Shown piece by piece: positions 29,230 to 36,944 of a stretch of 55,279 nt of DNA. The notes under the pieces were generated by a model that saw only the letters and a program-made list of their open reading frames with translations, had not been told where the DNA came from and made no database searches. Both the position numbers and the translations under genes were made by a program. The DNA is taken from contig DBXY01000062.1 of the NCBI GenBank assembly GCA_002309765.1, forward strand, positions 13,887-69,165, written 5' to 3'. Source of the DNA: Verrucomicrobia bacterium UBA1200. GTDB taxonomy: Bacteria > Verrucomicrobiota > Kiritimatiellia > RFP12 > UBA1067. Within the stretch, counting starts at the first letter, position 1. The number at the start of each line of letters is the position of its first letter.

Positions 29230-29251
29230 GCTACAGCGGGCAGTCCGTCCG

Positions 29252-29308
29252 AATGCGTACACCAACAAGGTCCAGTCGTTCGTTACGTTAGAAGACTTGT
29301 TTGGATGA
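29252..29308 (+). pseudogene. Stranded 3' end resembling an AAA-ATPase C-terminus
   Basis: Reads NAYTNKVQSFVTLEDLFG*, like the N.Y...VQ..VTL.DLF endings I recall for this ATPase family. Confidence 0.45.
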
Positions 29309-29429
29309 GGAAAAGATACGCGGGGCGTTCGTTCAAGGACGGGACGCCCTTACCGCGTTTACGTCGTTCCAACCCGGAAGTGATTGCTGGGCGGCTTTGG
29401 AAAATTAGGACATAGGACTTTATCTCTCC

Positions 29430-29460
29430 TCCCCTATTAGGGAATTTCCCGATTAGGGGA
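29430..29460. promoter_or_regulatory. Imperfect palindrome upstream of ATPase (candidate operator)
   Basis: TCCCCTATTAGGGAA-T-TTCCCGATTAGGGGA, two mismatches. Confidence 0.5.
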
Positions 29461-29531
29461 GTTTTTACGATTGACGGAACGGCACGGTTTTTGATACCAT
29501 ATGCGCATTGTTCCGAAAAGGAGTGCAGAGA

Positions 29532-30974
29532 ATGTTTTTTGGCCGTGAAGACCAGATTGAGCAGCTTAATTCGCTGTGGGGTAAGCGCGTTTCGTCGCTT
29601 GTGACATGCCGCGGTCGCCGTCGGGTTGGCAAGAGCACGCTCGTGGAGGAATTCGCCAGGCGTTCTGGTGCGCGATTCATCAAGATTGAAGGTGTGCGTC
29701 CGGGAAGCAAGACGACCATCGCGGACGAGCTGCGCGCCTTTGCCAGACAATTGGCGAAGCAGTCCGATGCCGCGAACAGGCCGCCGGAGGACTGGTATTC
29801 GGCGTTTGGCATCCTGAGCGACCAGATTTCGGATGGTGAGCGAACGGTTGTCCTTTTGGACGAAGTGTCCTGGCTTGCGCATGGCGATGACACGTTTGCC
29901 GATTATCTGAAGATTGTCTGGGACAATGACCTGAAGAAGCATGACAGGCTCGTTCTCGTTGTCTGCGGCAGCGTCTCGACATGGATCCGGGACAACATCA
30001 TCTGCAACCGCGCGTATGTCGGCCGCAGGTCGCTGGACATGGTCGTGCCGGAACTCCCCCTGCGCGAGTGCGTCAGGTTCTGGGGGAGGGCCACCGCGCG
30101 GACAGACGTCCGCGAGATCATCGATGTGCTGTCCGTCACAGGAGGGATCCCGCGTTACCTGGAGGAAATCAACCCCAGGCTCTCGGCCGAAGATAACATT
30201 CGGCTGTTGGCGTTTCGTCCGAAGGGTGTCTTGCGCGAGGACTTCGACGACATGTTCAACGATGTCATCACGGCAAAGCCCAAATTTACGGCACGTGTCT
30301 TGAGGAGCCTGGTTGACGGACCGAAGAGTTGCGCTGAGGTCGCGAAAGCGCTTGGAATCGGGAAGGGCGGGGATATCTCGAATGCCATGTCAGTGCTGCA
30401 GGAATCGGGATTCGTGTCTCCTGAATGTGCCAGAAACCCCGAGACTGGAACGGAATTGCGGGAGCGGAGGTATCGCTTGCGCGACAACTACGCACGGTTC
30501 TACCTCAAGTACATTGAACCACAGAAAGCGGTCATCGACGAGGGATCGTTTTCGTTTGCCTCGCTGAGGGAGTTCGAGGGATTGGATTCGGTCATGGGGC
30601 TGGCGTTTGAGAATCTGGTGGTCAACAACTACAGGGACCTGATTCCGTTCTTGCATCTTGATGGAAGTTTGATCATGTCGGCGGGGCCGTATCGCCGGAT
30701 AGGAACAAGCGGCAAGAACGGGCGCAGAGGATGCCAGATCGATCTGCTCATCCAGACCCGTCGTGCGCTGTACTTTGTCGAAGTCAAGCGGCAGGGCGAG
30801 ATTGGCCGGGACGTGATCGATCAGGTGGACGACAAGGTGCGTGCCGTCACACGTCCGCACGGCGTTTCAGCAAAGACGGCGCTCGTCTATGACGGGCACT
30901 TGTCGCCAGTCGCCGCCGCTGACGGTTATTTTGACGCCATTGTCCCGTTCCGGCAGCTATTGGGCATGGATTGA
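29532..30974 (+). CDS. AAA-type (archaeal ATPase-like) protein with wHTH and C-terminal PD-(D/E)xK-like domain
   Basis: MFFGRE start with AAAGGAG RBS; Walker A GRRRVGKST; Walker B VVLLDE; TGGIPRYL; QIDLLI...FVEVK. Confidence 0.88.
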   Translation: MFFGREDQIEQLNSLWGKRVSSLVTCRGRRRVGKSTLVEEFARRSGARFIKIEGVRPGSKTTIADELRAFARQLAKQSDAANRPPEDWYSAFGILSDQISDGERTVVLLDEVSWLAHGDDTFADYLKIVWDNDLKKHDRLVLVVCGSVSTWIRDNIICNRAYVGRRSLDMVVPELPLRECVRFWGRATARTDVREIIDVLSVTGGIPRYLEEINPRLSAEDNIRLLAFRPKGVLREDFDDMFNDVITAKPKFTARVLRSLVDGPKSCAEVAKALGIGKGGDISNAMSVLQESGFVSPECARNPETGTELRERRYRLRDNYARFYLKYIEPQKAVIDEGSFSFASLREFEGLDSVMGLAFENLVVNNYRDLIPFLHLDGSLIMSAGPYRRIGTSGKNGRRGCQIDLLIQTRRALYFVEVKRQGEIGRDVIDQVDDKVRAVTRPHGVSAKTALVYDGHLSPVAAADGYFDAIVPFRQLLGMD

Positions 30975-31172
30975 GGAGGAACGGAAGTGGATTACGTGCT
31001 TCGCAGAGGCGGTGAAATCGCCGCGATAGAGGTGAAGAGCGTTGATGCGGACAGCGTTTCCGGCATGCATGAATTCTGTCGCAAGTATCCGCAGGCGAAG
31101 ACCTATCTTGTTGGAGGGCATGGCGTGCCGATTGAAAAGACATTGACCATATCGGCTACGGATTTGCTATAA
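30975..31172 (+). pseudogene. C-terminal remnant of a DUF4143-type ATPase
   Basis: EVDYVLRRGGEIAAIEVKS nuclease-like end with no ATPase part. Confidence 0.65.
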
Positions 31173-31202
31173 TGTTCACGGAAAAAGACTGAAGGAGAAA
31201 CT

Positions 31203-32531
31203 ATGAAAACACCAATGACAAATATCATGCTCGCCGCTGTCGCGGCGGCAACCTGCCTCGTAACAGCAGCCCGCGCCGGCAGCGTCCCGGACAGATGTCT
31301 GGACGAATGCACGGGCGGCGAGGGTGCCATCCATGTCAAGGGCTGGGCCTACGACCCCGACGCTTCATCACAGTCCATCGGCATCCACGTCTATCTCTAC
31401 GCCGACTCGGGCTGCGCGATCCAGTACGGGGACGTCCGCGTGCTTACGGCCAACGTGTCGCGGCCCGACGTGAACCAGGCGAAGGGAATCACGGGCGACC
31501 ACGGCTTCAGCGCCGATATCCCCGTCTCCAACGCCGGAGCCTACTGGGTCAAGCTCTTCGCTATCGACGCCACCGGCGACGACAATCCGCAGATCGGCTC
31601 GACCACAGGCGTGACCGTGACCGCGACCGGCGGCTCATCGGCGGCAATGACCAACACCGTCAAGGTCACGCGGTTCCACCAGTCGTATCCCTACTCCGGC
31701 AAGGCGACGGTCGAATACACTGTCGGCGGGACGCTCCCTCCACGCGCTGTCGCGGAGATCATCCTCAACACGGACAACGCGAGCGCGACTTTCGTCCAAA
31801 GCAACATTGTCGCGGGCGCGAATTCGCATGTGATCGACTTCGCCTCGTCCTTCGGCGGCGTGTTGCTCCTCACCAACGCCTCGTTCGTGGTGACGATCAC
31901 GGCGAAGGACCTCGGCGGCGTCCAGCTTTGGGCGAACGGACCCTACTGGGCGGAGTGCAACGTCGGCGCCACGATGCCCGAGGAATCCGGCTACTACTTC
32001 TGGTGGGGCGACACGGTGGGCTACAAGCGCGAGAACGACGTCTGGGTCGCGGCGGACGGCTCGACGTCGGGCTTCTCGTTCAACATCGGCAACACGCCCA
32101 CCTACGGTATGGACAATTCCGCGCTTCTGTCGGCGGGCTACATCGATTCGACCGGCAACCTCGCGGCGGCGCACGACGCGGCGACGGCGCACCTCGGTTC
32201 GCCGTGGCGCATGCCGACGCGCGATGAGATCGATGCGCTCGTCAGCAACTGCACCTCCACGTGGATCACTACCAACGGCGTAAACGGGCGGCTCGTCACG
32301 GGCAAGGGCGCATACGCGGACAAAAGCATCTTCCTTCCTGCGACCGACTACTGCCACGGCTCGGGCATCCCCGACCTCGGCTCGGATGGCTACTACTGGT
32401 TCTCTACACCGCATTCGGACGTTTCGATCGGCGCGTGGGCCCTCGGCTTCGATTCGGGTTTCTTCAGCCGGAACCCCGGCAGCCGCGAATACGGGTTCTC
32501 CGTCCGGCCTGTGCGGGATCCAGCCAAATAG
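31203..32531 (+). CDS. Secreted putative DGR target protein 1 (Ig-like N-domain + C-type-lectin-like/FGE-type C-domain; VR copy B 32340-32531)
   Basis: Signal peptide; GWAYDPD...RPDV...HGF module; LGGVQLW..YWAECNVGA..GYYFWWG, DAATAHLG..WRMPT, IFLPA, YW.ST...AW.L.F...R..G.SVRPV. Confidence 0.85.
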   Translation: MKTPMTNIMLAAVAAATCLVTAARAGSVPDRCLDECTGGEGAIHVKGWAYDPDASSQSIGIHVYLYADSGCAIQYGDVRVLTANVSRPDVNQAKGITGDHGFSADIPVSNAGAYWVKLFAIDATGDDNPQIGSTTGVTVTATGGSSAAMTNTVKVTRFHQSYPYSGKATVEYTVGGTLPPRAVAEIILNTDNASATFVQSNIVAGANSHVIDFASSFGGVLLLTNASFVVTITAKDLGGVQLWANGPYWAECNVGATMPEESGYYFWWGDTVGYKRENDVWVAADGSTSGFSFNIGNTPTYGMDNSALLSAGYIDSTGNLAAAHDAATAHLGSPWRMPTRDEIDALVSNCTSTWITTNGVNGRLVTGKGAYADKSIFLPATDYCHGSGIPDLGSDGYYWFSTPHSDVSIGAWALGFDSGFFSRNPGSREYGFSVRPVRDPAK

Positions 32532-32666
32532 CGCGCGAATTGCGCGCGTCCAACGGAAGCAAAAGAGGCGTTCATTATGAACAACCGGAAACAAGGGGGA
32601 CATGCGGACGCGACGGAGCGCGTCCCTCCCGGGTCGTGCGTGGGAGGGTCGCGCTCCGTCGCGACC
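32531..32666 (+). repeat. GC hairpin + conserved tail + REP doublet, copy 2
   Basis: GCGCGC-GAATT-GCGCGC at 32531-32547; REPs at 32606-32629 and 32643-32666. Confidence 0.92.
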
Positions 32667-32695
32667 GTATGTAAAGAGTAAAGGATATTCATGCG

Positions 32696-33889
32696 ATGAA
32701 GATGAACCATTTGATGAGTTGTAAATTGCTTGTGACGTTGTCGCTGCTGCTGGTGGGGCGAGCCGTCTCCGGCGAGCCGGTAGCGCGGCAGTGCGGCGCG
32801 GTGGGCATCGTGACCTACGACCCCGCTGAAACGCAGACGACGCCCGTTCCCGTGCCGTATGCGTGGCTGGACGGCTACCCCGTCCTGCTTGCGGAGCAGT
32901 CCGGCGACTACGAGGCCGCCGCCCATGCGCCGGCGGCGAACGGGCGGAAGGTATGGGCGTGCTACGTGACGGGGTTGGATCCGTCCGACCCGCTCGACGA
33001 CTTCCGCATCACGCGCTTCTGGATGAACGGCGACATGCCGATGTTCGAGTTCAACCACACGACAGACGGGAGCGGCAATTCGATCCTGCCTTACATCAAT
33101 CCGCTCGGCAAGGCGAAACTGGCGGGCAGGTGGCGGCACGTGCCCGACGGCGGTGACCCGGCCTTCCGGTTCTTCTCGGCGGAAGTCGTGCCGCCAGGAT
33201 GCGAATCCGTCGTCAAGGAACTCGGCGGCGTCCAGCTCTGGGAGAACGGCCCCTACTGGGCGGAGTGCAACGTGGGGGCCACAAGTCCCGAGGAGTACGG
33301 CTACTACTTCTGGTGGGGCGACACGGCGGGGTATACGCCAAGCGGTGGGACATTGACTAATAACTTTATCCATCCCTGCTACTATACCGGCGTGACATGG
33401 GTGTCGAGCACGGGTGAACAAATGAGCAACAGTCCGTTCGATCATTTAACGTGTCCGACCTACGACAAAGACAACGCGGCGCTTCTCGCGGAGGGCTGGA
33501 TCGACTCGGCCGGCAACCTCGTGGCGGCGCATGATGCGGCGACGGCGCACCTTGGTGCGCCGTGGCGCATGCCGACGAGTGCCGAGATTGAAGCGCTCGT
33601 CAGCAATTGCACCACCATGTGGATCACAACCAACGGCGTCAACGGGCGGCTCGTTACGGGCAAAGGCGCTTATGCAAATCGGAGCATCTTCCTTCCTGCT
33701 GCCGGTTACGGTAGCGGCTCGAGCTTCTACGATCCCGGTTCGCAGGGCGACACCTGGGCCTCTACGCCGATTCCGGACTTCGAGTACAACGCATGGCGCC
33801 TCTACTTCAATTCGGGCTACTTCCGCCAGAGCGACTACAGCCGCTACCTCGGTCAGTCAGTGCGTCCTGTGCGGGACCCTGACGAATAG
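32696..33889 (+). CDS. Secreted putative DGR target protein 2 (different N-domain, same C-domain; VR copy C 33698-33889)
   Basis: Signal peptide; ANGRKVWACYVTGLDP...FRFFSAEV module; paralogous to 31203-32531 from LGGVQLW onward. Confidence 0.85.
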   Translation: MKMNHLMSCKLLVTLSLLLVGRAVSGEPVARQCGAVGIVTYDPAETQTTPVPVPYAWLDGYPVLLAEQSGDYEAAAHAPAANGRKVWACYVTGLDPSDPLDDFRITRFWMNGDMPMFEFNHTTDGSGNSILPYINPLGKAKLAGRWRHVPDGGDPAFRFFSAEVVPPGCESVVKELGGVQLWENGPYWAECNVGATSPEEYGYYFWWGDTAGYTPSGGTLTNNFIHPCYYTGVTWVSSTGEQMSNSPFDHLTCPTYDKDNAALLAEGWIDSAGNLVAAHDAATAHLGAPWRMPTSAEIEALVSNCTTMWITTNGVNGRLVTGKGAYANRSIFLPAAGYGSGSSFYDPGSQGDTWASTPIPDFEYNAWRLYFNSGYFRQSDYSRYLGQSVRPVRDPDE

Positions 33890-34039
33890 CGCGCGAATTG
33901 CGCGCGTACCGAGCGGGTGACCCACGGAGAGCAAAAGAGGCGTTCATTGTGAACAATCAGAAACGCGAGGGAGAAGCGGACGCGACGGAGCGCGTCCCTC
34001 CCGGGTTGTGCGAGGGAGGGTCGCGCTCCGTCGCGACCT
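33889..34039 (+). repeat. GC hairpin + conserved tail + REP doublet, copy 3
   Basis: Hairpin 33889-33905; REPs at 33978-34001 and 34015-34038; 33909-34039 matches 35817-35947 at 130/131 nt. Confidence 0.93.
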
Positions 34040-34110
34040 CAGGCAGTCCGACCGTGACCCTGACAAATAGCGCGAACCGCTCGGGCGGCCCACGGAAGCG
34101 AAAGAGGCAT
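34038..34110 (+). repeat. Degenerate VR 3' end plus truncated tail
   Basis: CTCAGGCAGTCCGACCGTGACCCTGACAAATAGCGCGAA...GGCCCACGGAAGCGAAAGAGGCAT, matching the end of copy A and the start of its tail. Confidence 0.75.
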
Positions 34111-34133
34111 GGGCAATCTCCATAGAGACACAG

Positions 34134-34245
34134 ACTTCAAAGTAGGTCAATAATAATGACCAACATTGAAGTGGCAGTTGACTGTATGCAGGGATTTATG
34201 GTATTATAGATTCAAATTCAGTCCATGCTATGTAGTGAGTTTGAA
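34134..34245 (+). promoter_or_regulatory. ATPase promoter flanked by two inverted repeats
   Basis: IR ACTTCAA..GGTCA/TGACC..TTGAAGT (34134-34172); TTGACT-N18-TATTAT with extended TG; IR TTCAAATTCA/TGAGTTTGAA (34211-34245). Confidence 0.55.
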
Positions 34246-34247
34246 CT

Positions 34248-35591
34248 ATGAAAGTCATACGAGAACAGTATTTGCGCCAATTGTGGAGCAAACGGCACAA
34301 TGGCCTGGTAAAAATCATTACCGGGGTCAGGCGCTGTGGCAAGAGCTATTTGCTGGGAACCTTGTTCCGCGAACGGCTTCTGGCGGAAGGGGTGGATTCG
34401 CAGCATGTCATCGAAGTGCCGTTGGATCGCAAGGTGAACATTCCTCTCCGCAACGCAATTGCTTTGGGGGAGCATATCGCCGAGAGGCTCGTTCATGACG
34501 GGCGCTGGAATTACGTGTTCATCGACGAAGTGCAGTTGGCGCGCAAGGTGCTTCCGAAAGGAGTGGATCTCAGCCGTCTTGCGCCGGAGGACCGAGAAGC
34601 CGCCTACATAACGTTTTACGACACCCTCAACGAACTGCGTCAAATCGAGAAAGTCGATGTCTATGTGACGGGTTCCAATTCCCGGATGCTTTCGAAGGAC
34701 ATCGACACGAATTTCGCCGACCGCGGCTGCCAGATACGCGTCCATCCATTTTCCTTTGCCGAATACTGTCAGGCGCTTGACCCTTCTGACAAAACATCGG
34801 CTTTCGCGGACTACCTGATCTGGGGCGGGATGCCTCTTGCCGTCGCGGAAGCGGACGACCGCGAACGCGCGAAATACCTCAAGGGACTTTTCAAGGAGGT
34901 TTACGAGCACGACATCGTGGAGCGGCATCGTCTGCGGGAGGAAAACATCCTTTCGCCGCTGATAGACGTCATAGCCAGCGCGACGGGCTCTCTCTCGAAT
35001 CCCCACAGGCTGGTCAACGCGCTCGGGTCTGCGATGAAGGTCAAGACAAACGATCATACGGTCAAGGCGTATCTTGAATACCTGAAGGACGCGTTCCTGT
35101 TTTCGGAAGCGAAGCGCTGGGACGTCAAGGGCAAAAGCTATTTTGACTTTCCCGTAAAGTACTATGCCGAAGATCCCGGACTGCGCAACGCCCGTCTGGA
35201 CTTCCGCGATGTGGAGCCGTCGCACATGATGGAGAACGTCATCTACAACGAACTGATCCGGCGTGGATGCCAGGTTGATGTCGGCGTTGTTCCGATTGTC
35301 GCCGTCAACAAGAAGGGAATGCAGGAACTTCAGTTTCACGAAATCGACTTTGTCGTCAACCGCGCGCCAGGAAAACTGTACATCCAGTCCGCATGGAGAA
35401 TGCCGACGGACGAGAAAAGGGAACAGGAACTCTTGCCGTTGAGGCGGAGCGGCGACTTCTTCTCGCGAATTGTCGTCACGGAAGGCGTGCGTCCGCCGAT
35501 GAAGGACGATGCGGGAATTGTCCATGTGGGAGTCATTCCGTTCTTGCTGGACGAATCCATACTCGATACCGCCCTTGAGACCTCAAGGTGA
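34248..35591 (+). CDS. AAA_14/DUF4143-type ATP-binding protein
   Basis: Walker A GVRRCGKS, VFIDEVQ, VTGSNS, WGGMP, KYYAEDPGLRN, ENVIYNEL, EIDFV. Confidence 0.9.
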   Translation: MKVIREQYLRQLWSKRHNGLVKIITGVRRCGKSYLLGTLFRERLLAEGVDSQHVIEVPLDRKVNIPLRNAIALGEHIAERLVHDGRWNYVFIDEVQLARKVLPKGVDLSRLAPEDREAAYITFYDTLNELRQIEKVDVYVTGSNSRMLSKDIDTNFADRGCQIRVHPFSFAEYCQALDPSDKTSAFADYLIWGGMPLAVAEADDRERAKYLKGLFKEVYEHDIVERHRLREENILSPLIDVIASATGSLSNPHRLVNALGSAMKVKTNDHTVKAYLEYLKDAFLFSEAKRWDVKGKSYFDFPVKYYAEDPGLRNARLDFRDVEPSHMMENVIYNELIRRGCQVDVGVVPIVAVNKKGMQELQFHEIDFVVNRAPGKLYIQSAWRMPTDEKREQELLPLRRSGDFFSRIVVTEGVRPPMKDDAGIVHVGVIPFLLDESILDTALETSR

Positions 35592-35767
35592 TTCCTGCAT
35601 AGTCCCTCCGGCGATACGACGATCCCTGCAACCTCCGCCCCCACCCGCGCCACCGGGCAGTAAGGTCGAGCGAAGGAACCACTTTCGGCTTTCGCAACGG
35701 GCGGGGATTTGCTATCATTACGCCGTGTAAAACAATATTGAGCTGAAAGCGGCGCGTGAGGTGCGTG

Positions 35768-35947
35768 GGAGGGTCGCGCTCCGTCGCGACCGAAACCCGG
35801 CCCGATAGCCCGCGACCCGAGCGGGTGACCCACGGAGAGCAAAAAAGGCGTTCATTGTGAACAATCAGAAACGCGAGGGAGAAGCGGACGCGACGGAGCG
35901 CGTCCCTCCCGGGTTGTGCGAGGGAGGGTCGCGCTCCGTCGCGACCT
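35768..35947 (+). repeat. Single REP + degenerate VR end + tail + REP doublet, copy 4
   Basis: REP 35768-35791; CGAAACCCGGCCCGATAG (RNPAR*) 35791-35808; tail; REPs at 35886-35909 and 35923-35946. Confidence 0.9.
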
Positions 35948-35969
35948 GTGTAAAGAGTAAAGGATATTC

Positions 35970-36944
35970 ATGAAAAACACCGCTTACACGATTATGGTTG
36001 CGGTTGCGATGGCGGCGATGGTCGCCGGCGCCGCCGACCGCGACGATCAGAAGGGTGTACGGCCCTGTTTCGACGATGCCTTCACGGCGGACCCCGCGCC
36101 GCTCGCCGTCGGGGATACCCTGTACGTCTACACCGGACAGGATGCGGACGACGCGGACGGTTTCAAGATGCCGGGTTGGCGGCTCTACTCCACAAAGGAT
36201 ATGAAAACGTGGAAGTCGCACGGCATTGTCGCTTCGCCCGACGGGAATTTTACGTGGGGCGGGAAAAATACGGCGTGGGCCTCGCAGTGTGTCGGGCGGA
36301 ACGGCAAATTCTATTTCTACACCACCTGCATCGACAAGCGCAAGGGCTGGTGCATGTCGATCGGCGTACTGGTCGCGGACCGCCCGGAGGGACCCTTCAA
36401 GGATCCGATCGGCGAGCCGCTCATCCAGCATTGCCAGGGAGATATTGACCCGACCGTCTTTGTCGATGACGACGGACAGGCCTGGCTTTATTGGGGCAAT
36501 CCGCTTCTGCACACGGCGAAGCTCAATGCCGACATGATCTCCCTTGACAAGTCATACGGCGATAACGGCATCAAAGTCGTGTCGGAGCGTCTTAAGGACT
36601 ATCAGGAGGGGCCCTGGGTGTGGAAACGCGACGGAAAGTATTACATGGCCTACGCCAGCACATGCTGTCCGGAGGGCATCGGCTATTCGATGTCCACCTC
36701 GCCGGAAGGCCCGTGGGAGTACAAGGGCCACATCATGGATCATGATATCCGCTCCAGCGGTAACCATCCGGGCATTGTCGCGTTCAAGGGCAAGTGGTAC
36801 TGCTTCGGCTTCGGCTACCAGCGCTATCACCGCCTGAATCCCGGCGAGAAGCACCGCGAGCGCCGCAGTGTCTGTTTCGCGGAGATGAAGTACAACCCCG
36901 ACGGAACCATCCGGCAGCTGCCCTGGTGGGCCGACATCCAATAG
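35970..36944 (+). CDS. Secreted GH43 glycoside hydrolase (xylosidase/arabinofuranosidase-like)
   Basis: Signal peptide; TADPAP, AWAS, IDPTVFVDDDGQAWLYWGN, YQEGPW catalytic motifs. Confidence 0.92.
   Translation: MKNTAYTIMVAVAMAAMVAGAADRDDQKGVRPCFDDAFTADPAPLAVGDTLYVYTGQDADDADGFKMPGWRLYSTKDMKTWKSHGIVASPDGNFTWGGKNTAWASQCVGRNGKFYFYTTCIDKRKGWCMSIGVLVADRPEGPFKDPIGEPLIQHCQGDIDPTVFVDDDGQAWLYWGNPLLHTAKLNADMISLDKSYGDNGIKVVSERLKDYQEGPWVWKRDGKYYMAYASTCCPEGIGYSMSTSPEGPWEYKGHIMDHDIRSSGNHPGIVAFKGKWYCFGFGYQRYHRLNPGEKHRERRSVCFAEMKYNPDGTIRQLPWWADIQ

Noticed and set aside
33942-33954. GTTCATTGTGAAC palindrome in the tail as a LexA box
   Set aside because: Spacing is GTTC-N5-GAAC, not the N4 form I recall for Verrucomicrobia; kept only as a conserved mini-hairpin.
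33898-34125. Short ORFs reading ...AKEAFIVNNQKREG..DATERVPP (also 28893-29291, 32261-32674)
   Set aside because: Translations of the non-coding repeat unit; no credible start, and frame differs between copies.
35634-35661. Possible further VR stub (TCC GCC CCC ACC CGC GCC ACC GGG CAG)
   Set aside because: Fits the NNC...CGC NNC NNC GGG CAG pattern but is low-complexity and too short to support.
29096-35947. CRISPR array or integron attC array
   Set aside because: Units are about 130-150 bp separated by whole genes; no cas or intI gene; I could not place RYYYAAC/GTTRRRY ends around the hairpins.
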